Positions 19,951 through 29,573 of a stretch of 64,000 nt of DNA are shown piece after piece. Numbering within the stretch: position 1 is the stretch's first letter; every line of letters starts with the position of its first letter. Origin of the DNA: an uncultured Acidimicrobiia bacterium (GTDB lineage: Bacteria > Acidobacteriota > Terriglobia > Versatilivoradales > Versatilivoraceae); the NCBI GenBank assembly GCA_963786955.1, contig CAWBAT010000004.1, forward strand, positions 512,001-576,000, read 5' to 3'. The notes beneath the pieces are model-generated. The model searched no databases, was not told where the DNA came from, and saw only the letters and a list, made by a program, of their open reading frames with translations. A program made the translations under genes and the position numbers.

Positions 19951-21501
19951 ATGAATGAGATTCCACTTATCGAAAAAGCCATTGTCATTGACCCTCGCGA
20001 CAATATTGCCGTTGCCAAAGTCTCCATAGGACTAGGCACGGTGTTGAGGTTGAACGGAACCAAGCTCTCAATCACGCAGACGGTGCCTCCCGGGCACAAG
20101 ATTGCTCTAAAACCTATCGCCAAAGGAGAAGCTGTCGTCCGCTATGGAGAAATCATTGGCGCGGCAACCCAGAATATTGCTCAAGGTAGCCCGGTTCACG
20201 TCCACAATATGACCATTGAGAATCTGACGCGCCAATACGAGTACTGTGTGGTGTCGAAGCCAGTCGATTACTTCCCAAATGCGGAGATCCCACAATTTCA
20301 AGGCTACCTCCGTCCATGGGGAGGTGTTGGAACTCGCAACTATGTCGCAGTACTTTCGACGGTCATTTGTTCCAGTCACCCAGCCAATTTGATCGGTAGG
20401 CATTTTGAGAATCAGTTCAAAGGCGATCCAAACTTTGATGGAGTCATTTCAATCACGCACCAGGAAGGTTGTGGAGGTGAAAAAGGCGACGACATGGAAC
20501 AGTTGATGCGCATCTATCATGGCATCATGTACCACCCGAATGTAGCCGGTATCCTGGTGTTGGGCTTGGGCTGCGAAGAGAGCAACATCGAATGCGTTCA
20601 GGGTTGTTCGTCGAGTTTGCCTTTTCCGCTTCAATCCAATACCAAAGACCGAATTCGTTATTTAACGGTGCAGGGCGCCGGTGGAACATCTAAAACAGTC
20701 GCACAAGGAATCGAGATTGTTAACGAACTCGTCGAAAAGGCACGGAACTGTCGACGTAGTAATGTTCCGGCATCTGAAGTCTTGCTCGGTTTGAATTGCG
20801 GTGGGTCGGACGCTTACTCCGGAATCTCGGCAAATCCGGCCCTGGGGCATGCCAGCGATCTGTTGGTCAGGTACGGAGGGACCACTGTCCTACCGGAAAC
20901 CCCTGAGATCTATGGGGCTGAACATCTCATCATGCGCGGCGCCGGCAACCGGAAGGCGGCAGAAGACTTGCTTAAAATTATCGAACGGTACAAGCGGTAT
21001 GTGGGAGCCATGGGTGGAACGCTTGATGACAATCCCGCGCCAGGCAACAAAGCTGGAGGAATCACGAACATCGTTGAAAAATCTCTGGGAGCTGTTCGAA
21101 AAGCTGGCTCGACCCCGTTGAATGCCGTATTCAATTATGCAGAACCCGTGAAAGCCCGCGGTTTCGTAATCATGGATTCTCCCGGATATGATACGCCATC
21201 CGTCAGCGGCTTGGTGTCTGGCGGGATCAATCTGGTTTGTTTCACAACCGGCCGAGGAACTCCCACGGGCAACCCTATCGTTCCCGTGATCAAAATTGCC
21301 TCAAATTCTCGGATGTACCAACATATGCAAGAGAATATGGATGTTAACGCAGGAACCATTATCGATGGGATAGAAAACATTGACCAGGTTGGCGAAAAGA
21401 TTTTCGAAAAAATGTTAGCAGTGGCATCGGGGGAAAAGACCAAGAATGAAATTACCGGGCACCGAGAGTTCGCCATCTGGCGCACAGGCCCGATGCTCTG
21501 A
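19951..21501 (+). CDS. UxaA/GarD-family altronate/galactarate dehydratase with SAF domain
   Basis: DNIAVA, GHKIAL, VHVHN, GTRN, CGGSD, IVEKSLGA and FTTGRGTP motifs. Confidence 0.93.
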   Translation: MNEIPLIEKAIVIDPRDNIAVAKVSIGLGTVLRLNGTKLSITQTVPPGHKIALKPIAKGEAVVRYGEIIGAATQNIAQGSPVHVHNMTIENLTRQYEYCVVSKPVDYFPNAEIPQFQGYLRPWGGVGTRNYVAVLSTVICSSHPANLIGRHFENQFKGDPNFDGVISITHQEGCGGEKGDDMEQLMRIYHGIMYHPNVAGILVLGLGCEESNIECVQGCSSSLPFPLQSNTKDRIRYLTVQGAGGTSKTVAQGIEIVNELVEKARNCRRSNVPASEVLLGLNCGGSDAYSGISANPALGHASDLLVRYGGTTVLPETPEIYGAEHLIMRGAGNRKAAEDLLKIIERYKRYVGAMGGTLDDNPAPGNKAGGITNIVEKSLGAVRKAGSTPLNAVFNYAEPVKARGFVIMDSPGYDTPSVSGLVSGGINLVCFTTGRGTPTGNPIVPVIKIASNSRMYQHMQENMDVNAGTIIDGIENIDQVGEKIFEKMLAVASGEKTKNEITGHREFAIWRTGPML

Positions 21502-21656
21502 CAGGGACACCTATTTCAATCGTTTTCAGATGGGGAAGTAGGTCAAGTTTGCAATCATTGTTGTAACCGGAGACATTGACCCATAAGCCCTAACCTAAGC
21601 TTGGATGATCGGTTCATTCTGGGCTCCTCGGTTGAGCAGATGACTTCCAGAATTGG

Positions 21657-21935
21657 GAAACGCCAAGAACGCAAAGGTCGCAAAGAGTAGGAGCCTTCAT
21701 GACCGCCGACGAAGTAGCTAAGGATATGGTTGACTCTGCACTCAAGGTGCATTGTGCCATGGGGCGCGGGCTGCTGGAATCGGCCAATTAGGCTGGTCTG
21801 GCACACGAGCTCCAAAGACGTGGCCTCCGGGTTGAATGCGAAGTCGTTATTCGTAGAACTGGGGGTAGGATGGGATCAGGCGGCTGACCGAGGTATATCC
21901 TCATTTCTTTGCGTGCTTGGCGCTCTTGGCGTTTC
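21657..21935. mobile_element. GxxExxY-associated element bounded by 30-bp inverted repeats of 9-mer units
   Basis: Left arm gaaacgccaagaacgcaaaggtcgcaaaga matches the reverse complement of 21906-21935 (gaaacgccaagagcgccaagcacgcaaaga) at 26/30. Confidence 0.6.
21699..21887 (+). pseudogene. GxxExxY (PD-(D/E)XK-like) protein remnant
   Basis: RBS AGGAG, then MTADEVAKDMVDSALKVHCAMGRGLLESAN*AGLAHELQRRGLRVECEV. In-frame TAG at 21789; C-terminal half missing. Confidence 0.8.
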
Positions 21936-22064
21936 GTCCTTTCGGCGGAAGGCCAGGAAAGTCTTCTAGAGTTAGCGCGCGTGGGACATTGTCCCCCAGC
22001 CGCCTCCAGCGTGGCCAGCGATAACACGATCTACTGCAACTTGATCTGGAATAACCATTGACCT

Positions 22065-22985
22065 ATGCGCTCCTTTATAATCAAACGGCTTCTGCTTACA
22101 ATTCCGGCGCTTCTTGGAGTAATCCTTTTGGTGTTCTCGTTTGTCCATCTTGTGCCCGGAGATCCTGTTCAGATCATGCTGGGAGATGGCGCGCCTGCAG
22201 CGGACCTCGAAAATTTGCGCAGTCAATTGGGTTTAGACCGCCCAATCGGGGAACAATGTTTCAAATATTTATCCGATCTTTCGCGGGGAAACCTGGGCAC
22301 TTCCTTTCGCTTTGGCGAACCCGTCGCGCGTATTATCTGGGAGCGCTATCCTGCCACAATTCAGCTCGCTTTCCTGAGCCTGGCCATTGGCTTGGTGATC
22401 GCCTTGCCCGCAGGGATCCTTGCCGCTTCCCGGGCCGGTCACTGGATTGATCGGGCCATCACTTCCGCCACTTTGTTCGGCATTTCGCTGCCAAACTTCG
22501 TTTCGGGGCCCTTGGCCATTGTCTTATTCTCAATCTGGCTGGGCTGGCTTCCAGTTTCGGGCCGACAAGGACCCACGTATTTTGTCTTGCCTGCATTAAC
22601 CCTCGGGTTGGGCTTTTCAGCTATTTTGACCCGAATGATCAGGGCCGGGATGATTGACGAACTGCAGGAAGATTACATCAAGACGGCCCGCGCCAAGGGG
22701 CTGAGTGAAATCCGGGTTTACTTGAAACACGCTCTAAAGAACAGTTTGATTCCCGTTATTACGGTGCTGGGGCTGCAATTCGGAACCTTACTGGCCGGGG
22801 CCATCATCACCGAGACTATTTTTTCATGGCCAGGAATTGGTCGTCTTACTGTGCAAGCCATCAATGCCCGTGATTACCCGCTCGTTCAAGGCTGCATCCT
22901 GGTCATTGCGCTGACCTATGTAGGAGCAAATCTGTTGACGGACCTGGTGTATGGCTTACTTGACCCAAGAATAAAATATCAGTAG
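22065..22985 (+). CDS. Peptide/nickel ABC transporter permease (OppB/DppB-like)
   Basis: PGDP, GLDRP, EAA loop DYIKTARAKG, ETIFSWPGIG. Confidence 0.93.
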   Translation: MRSFIIKRLLLTIPALLGVILLVFSFVHLVPGDPVQIMLGDGAPAADLENLRSQLGLDRPIGEQCFKYLSDLSRGNLGTSFRFGEPVARIIWERYPATIQLAFLSLAIGLVIALPAGILAASRAGHWIDRAITSATLFGISLPNFVSGPLAIVLFSIWLGWLPVSGRQGPTYFVLPALTLGLGFSAILTRMIRAGMIDELQEDYIKTARAKGLSEIRVYLKHALKNSLIPVITVLGLQFGTLLAGAIITETIFSWPGIGRLTVQAINARDYPLVQGCILVIALTYVGANLLTDLVYGLLDPRIKYQ

Positions 22986-23010
22986 AAACCTCTCGAAATC
23001 CTCTGGCTCT

Positions 23011-23823
23011 ATGAAATCCCATTCGCTGGCGCTCCTTGGCGGCTCGATCGTCATACTGCTTCTTTTGTTGGCACTCCTTGCCCCGCTTCTTGCTCCCTTC
23101 GATTACGACTCCCAGAATCTTCCCCAGCGGCTCATGTCGCCGGACCGGAACCATTGGTTTGGGACGGATGAACTAGGTCGCGATATTTTTTCCCGGGTCT
23201 TATATGGCAGTCGGATTTCAATGCTCGTAGGAGTATCGGTCGTAGGATTTGCAAGCGGAATCGGACTATTCGTGGGAATCCTGGCGGGGTTTTATGGCGG
23301 GTGGATTGATGAAGTGCTCATGCGGGTCGCCGACGTTCTGATGGCGTTTCCAGGAATCCTGCTAGCCATTGCCCTCGTCGCCTTTTGGGGGCCCGGCCTG
23401 GAAAAACTCATCTCGGCCTTGGTAATCGTTGGCTGGGTTGGCTATGCACGCTTGGTGCGAGGGCAGATTCTCAAAGTGAAGGAGCTCGACTTCGTCAAAG
23501 TAGCGCGCTCTTTAGGTGGGACAGATCTGCATATTATCTTGAGACACTTGATTCCCAATATCATTCAGCCTGTTCTCGTTCAAGCCAGTATCGGCATTGC
23601 GGGTGCAATCTTGGCCGAAGCGTCGTTGAGCTTCTTGGGTCTTGGAGTACCGCCTCCCCTTCCCAGCTGGGGAGCCATGTTAAATGACGCCCGAAGCCAT
23701 CTGTTTGATGCACCTCACCTTGTCCTGTTCCCTGCCCTCTCGACCATGACGGCGGTACTTGCTTTTAACTTATTAGGGGATGGTTTGCGTGAGCTGCTAA
23801 ATCCGAGATTGCGTTTCCTTTGA
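23011..23823 (+). CDS. Peptide/nickel ABC transporter permease (OppC/DppC-like)
   Basis: FGTDELGRDI, EASLSFLGLG..PSWG and NLLGDGLR motifs. Confidence 0.93.
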   Translation: MKSHSLALLGGSIVILLLLLALLAPLLAPFDYDSQNLPQRLMSPDRNHWFGTDELGRDIFSRVLYGSRISMLVGVSVVGFASGIGLFVGILAGFYGGWIDEVLMRVADVLMAFPGILLAIALVAFWGPGLEKLISALVIVGWVGYARLVRGQILKVKELDFVKVARSLGGTDLHIILRHLIPNIIQPVLVQASIGIAGAILAEASLSFLGLGVPPPLPSWGAMLNDARSHLFDAPHLVLFPALSTMTAVLAFNLLGDGLRELLNPRLRFL

Positions 23824-23963
23824 TCTGTAAGAAAAATTTCCTGACACCAAAGTCGATGGGAGTACCGAGTTACGACCCGAGCAAGTAGGACGCTTGCGTC
23901 ACAGGATTATGCTCTGGCTCTCTCTGACCTGTACCAACGTCAAAAGACCATTCCTGCAACTTA

Positions 23964-24090
23964 GTACTGCTTTTCATAAATACGGTGACGTTAACGCCGG
24001 GTCGGTGACCCGGCCTACAACTTTGTAGGCCGCGTGACCCCACGCGGCGCCTATCCTAAGATACGTCACCGCAATTACGATTAGCAGTAC
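23964..24090. mobile_element. 127-bp MITE with TTA target duplication containing a REP doublet
   Basis: Imperfect TIRs gtactgcttttcataaatacggtgacgt / acgtcaccgcaattacgattagcagtac. TTA on both sides (23961-23963, 24091-24093). Confidence 0.65.
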
Positions 24091-24095
24091 TTAGC

Positions 24096-25082
24096 TTATT
24101 CGGCAATCTCAAGGGCCAGTAAATCTAAGGGATTCACTCGTGCTTCATTAAGGCGGCAGGCCCAATGTAAATGAGGACCGGTGACACGACCAGTAGCACC
24201 AACTTCCCCGATGACCTGGCCAGATTTTACCATTTCATTCGCTTGGACCAGGAGCTTTGAACAATGCCCGTAGTACGTGTATAAGCCCAGTCCATGATCA
24301 ATCACCACAGTATTGCCGCTAAAGAACAGGTCTTCAGCGAGAACGACTTTCCCACTATTGGCTGCATGAATCGGTGTCCCTGTGGGAGCTTTCAGGTCTA
24401 CCCCAGAATGTGGAGAGCGGTGCTGGCCATTGACCACGCGCCGCCGCCCAAAACCGCTCGTCAATTCACTGGACAGAGGTACCTTGAATTTCCCGTCCCA
24501 ATAAGGGGAATCGGAGACCGTTTCCCAAATCGATTCCAACCGCTTCGTTTCTTCCGCTGACCTTTTTTGATCCTCAGGACTGGGTTGCGCGTACTTCTCT
24601 GCTACCGTGATTTTTTGCACCGGGAACTGCTTGGGAAGGACACGAACGCTTTCTTGAATTTCCACAAATTTAGAACCTTGAAACTCCACTCGAGCCTTGA
24701 ACCGATACACTTCTGGCTTGCTCTCTAAATCAACACCAACAAAGGCATAACTGACAGTGTTTTTCTTTCCTGAGAAGAAAGCCAGGCGTCGCTCGCAGAA
24801 CGTTCCCGTTGCACTGGCAATTGCACCCGTACAACGCGCTTTTGCAAGGAATACACTACCCGGGTAAATTTTTTGCGGAGGAATCAGGAGACGACAGGCG
24901 GGGCGAGCTGTTTCAGACCGCGCCGGCGTCAAAAAGAGAAAAAGTAACACGAACATCAAGAGACTCAGTCGCACCCCCACCCAACGTAGGCAGCCAACCG
25001 CCGGATAACGAAAAACCGGTGGTGGTTCAATTCTCTGAGCCAGCGGGGCGGAGGAATTACTACCTGGCTCAGCGTATGGCAT
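24096..25082 (-). CDS. M23-family metallopeptidase
   Basis: HSGVD, IDHG and TGPHLH motifs. Start uncertain; could be later, before the hydrophobic segment. Confidence 0.9.
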   Translation of the reverse strand: MPYAEPGSNSSAPLAQRIEPPPVFRYPAVGCLRWVGVRLSLLMFVLLFLFLTPARSETARPACRLLIPPQKIYPGSVFLAKARCTGAIASATGTFCERRLAFFSGKKNTVSYAFVGVDLESKPEVYRFKARVEFQGSKFVEIQESVRVLPKQFPVQKITVAEKYAQPSPEDQKRSAEETKRLESIWETVSDSPYWDGKFKVPLSSELTSGFGRRRVVNGQHRSPHSGVDLKAPTGTPIHAANSGKVVLAEDLFFSGNTVVIDHGLGLYTYYGHCSKLLVQANEMVKSGQVIGEVGATGRVTGPHLHWACRLNEARVNPLDLLALEIAE

Positions 25083-25236
25083 AAAAAAAGTATTTCGAGT
25101 TTCGATTTCGTGGAAACATTGGAGCATTGGTTTGGGGAGAGTAGAACATCGATGGGATGAGGAAGACCCTCGCAGTGGTGCTACTTCCAATCTGTTCAGG
25201 GCGAAGGGGAGAAGACAATCTAATTCCGGTGAATAA

Positions 25237-25467
25237 TTAATTCAGCCTTTCCCGGCACATGCCAGGCCTCGCTGCCCCGCATGTGTTACAGCCTTCTTGA
25301 GAGGTTTTCGCGGAGGCTGAATCACTGGACTGTACGGCAAAAGCCGAGAACAGTTTTTCCACATGATCGCTATCGCAACTCTGGCAGTTCATGGATTCCG
25401 TGTGTAACGATACGATCTTTTCGAAAACTTTTCCGCAATCCAAACAGTGATATTCATAAATTGGCAT
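25237..25467 (-). CDS. FmdB-family zinc-ribbon protein
   Basis: MPIYEYHC.DCG..FE..C.SC.S..VEKLFS. Confidence 0.88.
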   Translation of the reverse strand: MPIYEYHCLDCGKVFEKIVSLHTESMNCQSCDSDHVEKLFSAFAVQSSDSASAKTSQEGCNTCGAARPGMCRERLN

Positions 25468-25602
25468 GGGCACTCCAAAGTGAGAAGCTTGACCGTCTTG
25501 ACAACAGAACGGTCCTTCCAGAATCTAGTCCATCTCAGCGCTGCAAGCATTTCAGGGAATTAGCGAATTCCCATCAAAAGCCACTGAAAAACCGCATGGA
25601 TC

Positions 25603-25631
25603 AATATAGTCAAGTCAAGCGGCTCTGTCAA
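25603..25631 (-). promoter_or_regulatory. Sigma70 promoter upstream of the FmdB-family gene
   Basis: TTGACA-17 nt-TATATT on the minus strand. Confidence 0.55.
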
Positions 25632-25650
25632 AGTACGAGTCGATTCAGTG

Positions 25651-26506
25651 TTATTTTTTCAAATAGGGAATTGCGGCGTCATGCATCTGTCGTGCAACGT
25701 CAGATAGGGCATACAATCGGGCTTTCCCCCCTTCTCCCTGGGTCTGACTATCCCCTGGAGCGCGACGAAGTTCATCTTCGACCTGCTTCAACTGATTTTG
25801 GGTTGCGGAGATATAGTCCTTCAGCTCATAGTCTGTAGAAACTAGTATCTCATTGCAATCTATCTTCCCTTCCCCTTGATCTTGAATTTTACACTTGAGA
25901 AGCATGCGCTGGACAGTGGGCAATCCGAGGCCGGAACCGGTTAATGGGTCCGTCATTTCACTTCGGGCGAACCGAGCGAGATTTTCGACCTGTTGTGCCT
26001 GAGTTAAGTTTTCGCGAAGCTTCGCTGCAAACTGCTTTCTCAATTTGCTCTTATTTCCGCCCTCCGGGGAACCACTCGTTATTTCCTTTTGGGCTTGCTC
26101 GTATGCCGCCAACATGACCAACTGAATAAGAGGGGCGAGATCAGGCTGTCTCAGCACTTTGTTCCTTGAGGAAACCTGTTGGATCAGAACGGTCCACTTT
26201 GGGACAAAATCAATTTTACTGGAATTTTCCACGAGCCCTTTAGACCACTGGCGTAACGTTACAAGTTCCGGATCCTGTAGTTTCCATTTACCCAGCGTCT
26301 TAGGGATATCAACCGAAGGAATCGCCTTGATCAGAAGCCGTGAATCGTCAACGTTCATAGAGGGAGTCGGGAGAGCGGAGACAGCTGTTTCACCCTGCGG
26401 ACCTTCTTGAGCTTGAGGTGGATTGTGCTGAGAGTCTTGCGCTGAAGAGAAAACTCAGTCCTAGGACTATTGTGAGAAAGCAATAAGCAGAAGGTTTCTT
26501 TGTCAT
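25651..26506 (-). CDS. Secreted hypothetical protein (frameshift at ~26450)
   Basis: ATG 26506 gives signal peptide MTKKPSAYCFLTIVLGLS. Removing one T from a T4 run joins it to FSSAQDSQHNPPQ... and the 235-aa ORF. Confidence 0.6.
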
Positions 26507-26658
26507 GTTCACCAACTTGTCTTCTTGGAATTTCATTTAATGATCATACATCTATATTGTATTCGACTCTAGACATCCAACACTTTAAAAAGAGTGGGAG
26601 CCGGTCGCGCTGGAATGCTCAACCTTCTTCAATTTAGCGTTTCTAAGGTACACCGCAG

Positions 26659-26699
26659 TTGTCATTCTCCCCCAATTGTGGTATCTTCATTGTAGATAC
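26659..26699 (+). promoter_or_regulatory. mazEF promoter with autorepression palindrome
   Basis: TTGTCA-17 nt-TATCTT, overlapped by the palindrome GTATCT-N7-AGATAC. Confidence 0.6.
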
Positions 26700-26717
26700 A
26701 GACCAGAGGAGGGTCCT

Positions 26718-26960
26718 ATGCGTGTTGCTGTTCGAAAATGGGGGAATAGCCTGGCCCTAAGAATTCCCAAGTCGTTCGCCATTGAATCGAAAATTGCGAA
26801 CGGCTCTTCCGTCGATTTATCATTGGTTGAGGGAAAAATCATTGTTTCCCTTGCCACCTCCAAGCAGTATAAATTGAAGGAGCTTTTGGCTGGTGTGTCC
26901 AAAAAGAATATTCATCAAGAGGCCAATACGGGGGAAACTTCGGGTAAAGAGGTGTGGTAA
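26718..26960 (+). CDS. mazE: AbrB/MazE antitoxin
   Basis: KWGNSLALRIP..Y.L.ELL..H.E...G...GKEVW; RBS GGAGG. Confidence 0.93.
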   Translation: MRVAVRKWGNSLALRIPKSFAIESKIANGSSVDLSLVEGKIIVSLATSKQYKLKELLAGVSKKNIHQEANTGETSGKEVW

Positions 26961-27301
26961 TGCCGCCAAAGTATGTTCCCGACCGTGGCGATGCAGTTTG
27001 GATTACGCTAAATCCTCAAGCGGGTCACGAGCAATCCGGAAGGCGGCCTGCGCTTGTCTTGTCGCCGGCAGCCTATAATCGAAAGGTGGGGCTAGTCATA
27101 CTCTGTCCTATCACCACCCAAATCAAAGGGCATCCATTTGAAGTGATTGTCCCGGAGGGCCTGAAAGTTTCGGGCGCGATCTTATCTGATCAAGTCAAGA
27201 GCCTAGATTGGAAAGTGCGAAAAGCGGAATTATTGTGCCGTGTTCCAGCGATGGCCACACAAGACGTCTTAAGCAAGCTGAAGACACTCCTGCAGGATTA
27301 G
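26960..27301 (+). CDS. mazF: MazF/PemK endoribonuclease toxin
   Basis: YVPDRGD.VW..NPQAGHEQ.GRRPALVLSP and DQVKSLDW. Start overlaps the mazE stop. Confidence 0.95.
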   Translation: MPPKYVPDRGDAVWITLNPQAGHEQSGRRPALVLSPAAYNRKVGLVILCPITTQIKGHPFEVIVPEGLKVSGAILSDQVKSLDWKVRKAELLCRVPAMATQDVLSKLKTLLQD

Positions 27302-27424
27302 CGGTAGAAACAATCATTTGGTTGACTGAGGTAGCGCCATAATCCGGAAAGGCTGGAAAAAGTTTTCTGGAACAACTCGCTAGCGCCAACAATGACGCGA
27401 ACCCGTGACATTCTTCAGAAGTCC

Positions 27425-27610
27425 GTGTCGTAGCTGGCTCCGCTGGGGCCAGCCGGGGTCAACGTCCCAGGCTACAACTAATTTTTGCAACATCGCACGA
27501 CAGGCGTGGACGCCTGTCGCCACACAAGAGCCTCCGGGCCTTAGGATTGCACAGTAAAGATCTCCGCGATAAATCGTAGGGACTCGCGAAGACCTTATCC
27601 CTTCCAATCG
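27425..27610. repeat. REP-like palindrome cluster
   Basis: gtagctggct..ggccagcc..cccaggctacaac, and gacaggcgtggacgcctgtcgccacac (related to 56440-56467). Confidence 0.6.
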
Positions 27611-27775
27611 TCTAACTAAGTTTCATCCTCTCTCCTAGTCAAATTGCATCGCTGCAGGCAATTCCGCTAATCCGTGATATTCTTTCTAGCTATTGGTCCT
27701 GGCTGAACAGTCATTGAAATTATTGGGCCCAGTCACTGGAATCTCTGCTCCTCTGTCTGATCGCGAGACACACTC

Positions 27776-29569
27776 ATGGCCGGTCTTCAAAACCTCAGAC
27801 AATTTCTAGACCTCCTTCGCAAAGAGCGAGATGTTGTCTCCATCAGCGCCGAGGTCGATCCTTACCTCGAAATTGCTGAAATTCATCGCCGGGTAATAGA
27901 GCAAAGTGGACCTGCGCTGCTGTTTGAGCGCGTCAAAGGAAGCCCGTTCCCGGTGGTGACTAATCTTTTTGGAACGCCAAAGCGGATTGAGCTAGCCTTT
28001 GGAAGGCGGCCGCTAGAATTAATAAAACAGGTTGTCCACCTAGCCGAAACAATCTTACCCCCTTCTCTGTCGAAGTTATGGAAAAACAAAAACTTAGCCT
28101 TGGAAGCCCTTAAACTGGGTACTCGAAGCGTTCGGCAAGCTCCGGTCTTGGAAATCTGCCAATCCCCTATAGACCTCAATGCGCTTCCCATCCTCACAAC
28201 CTGGTCGCTCGACGGAGGCCCATTCATCACGCTGCCGCTTGTCTATACGGAACACCCCGGTGATAAACGACATAATCTTGGCATGTATCGCCTGCAGCGC
28301 CATGACGCCACTTCGACCGGGATGCATTGGCAAATTGGGAAAGGGGGTGGTTTTCATTACGCCGCCGCAGAACAACTCAATCAACCCCTACCCGTGAGTG
28401 TCTATCTCGGAGGTCCTCCATCTCTCATTCTGGCGGCCATTACTCCACTTCCGGAAAACGTGGGAGAATTGGTTATAGCCTCTCTCCTGGCCGGAGGACG
28501 GCTGCCGATGACCCGGACGAAGCAACACCCTCATCCTTTCCCAGCTGAAGCAGAGTTCGTTTTGCAGGGATTCGTGCCCCCGCGGCTGCGGTTGCCGGAG
28601 GGACCTTTTGGGGATCATTACGGTTACTATTCCTTAAAACACGACTACCCGGTTTTTGACATCCAGCACCTCTATCATCGCAGGGATGCGATTTATCCGG
28701 CCACAGTTGTCGGGAAACCCCGGCAAGAGGATTTCTTCATTGGAGACTACTTGCAAGAACTTCTGAGCCCGCTGTTTCCACTCGTCATGCCCGGACTCAG
28801 AGATTTGTGGAGCTATGGAGAAACAGGGTTTCATTCATTGGCTGCAGCCGTAGTCAAGGAACGCTACGGCAGAGAAGCCATGGCCTCCTGTTTTCGTATC
28901 CTTGGAGAAGGGCAACTCTCACTCACTAAATTTCTGATGGCCACGGATACTGCCATGGACCTCAAAATCTTCCCGAAAGTCCTCAGCCATATTCTTGAGA
29001 GAGTCCATTGGGAAACCGATTTCTTTATTTTTGCAAACTTGTCTATGGATACCTTGGACTACTGTGGACCGGAAATCAACCAAGGCAGCAAGGCAATCTT
29101 ATTGGGCCTGGGTGAGGCGATTCGCAGTCTGCCAGCACATTTCCAGGGACCCCTTCCTCCCGGCGCAGGAGACGTTCGGGTATTTTGTCCCGGTTGCCTG
29201 GTTGTCCAAGGCTTGGGATATTCTGCGGATCCAAAGCAGGCGGAGCGAATCGCTCGGTGGGAGGGATTTCAAGACTGGCAGCTCGTCATTCTTTCAGATC
29301 AAGTAGAAATCGCCGATAGTCCCGCTTTGTTCCTTTGGTCGGTTTTTACACAATTTGAGCCTGCTGCTGATATTTATGCCGCTCAAACTCAGGTTCGACG
29401 CCACCACCTTTGTTATCAAAGCCCGATTGTCATAGACGCACGCCGCAAGCCCACATACCCGGCAGAACTCGAAAGTGATCCTGACATTGGCAGACAAGTG
29501 GAAAGACGCTGGAAAGAATATTTTCCTGGCGATCGGTTAGCGTTTTCCGAGCACCGCCCGAGATCTTAG
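27776..29569 (+). CDS. UbiD-family (prFMN) decarboxylase, long menaquinone-pathway type
   Basis: EIAEIHRR, NLGMYR, EGPFGDHYGYY and GKPRQED motifs. Confidence 0.9.
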   Translation: MAGLQNLRQFLDLLRKERDVVSISAEVDPYLEIAEIHRRVIEQSGPALLFERVKGSPFPVVTNLFGTPKRIELAFGRRPLELIKQVVHLAETILPPSLSKLWKNKNLALEALKLGTRSVRQAPVLEICQSPIDLNALPILTTWSLDGGPFITLPLVYTEHPGDKRHNLGMYRLQRHDATSTGMHWQIGKGGGFHYAAAEQLNQPLPVSVYLGGPPSLILAAITPLPENVGELVIASLLAGGRLPMTRTKQHPHPFPAEAEFVLQGFVPPRLRLPEGPFGDHYGYYSLKHDYPVFDIQHLYHRRDAIYPATVVGKPRQEDFFIGDYLQELLSPLFPLVMPGLRDLWSYGETGFHSLAAAVVKERYGREAMASCFRILGEGQLSLTKFLMATDTAMDLKIFPKVLSHILERVHWETDFFIFANLSMDTLDYCGPEINQGSKAILLGLGEAIRSLPAHFQGPLPPGAGDVRVFCPGCLVVQGLGYSADPKQAERIARWEGFQDWQLVILSDQVEIADSPALFLWSVFTQFEPAADIYAAQTQVRRHHLCYQSPIVIDARRKPTYPAELESDPDIGRQVERRWKEYFPGDRLAFSEHRPRS

Positions 29570-29573
29570 TCCG

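Noticed and set aside
25281-25838. 185-aa plus-strand ORF
   Set aside because: Antisense to the FmdB-family gene, its promoter and the next gene; shadow ORF.
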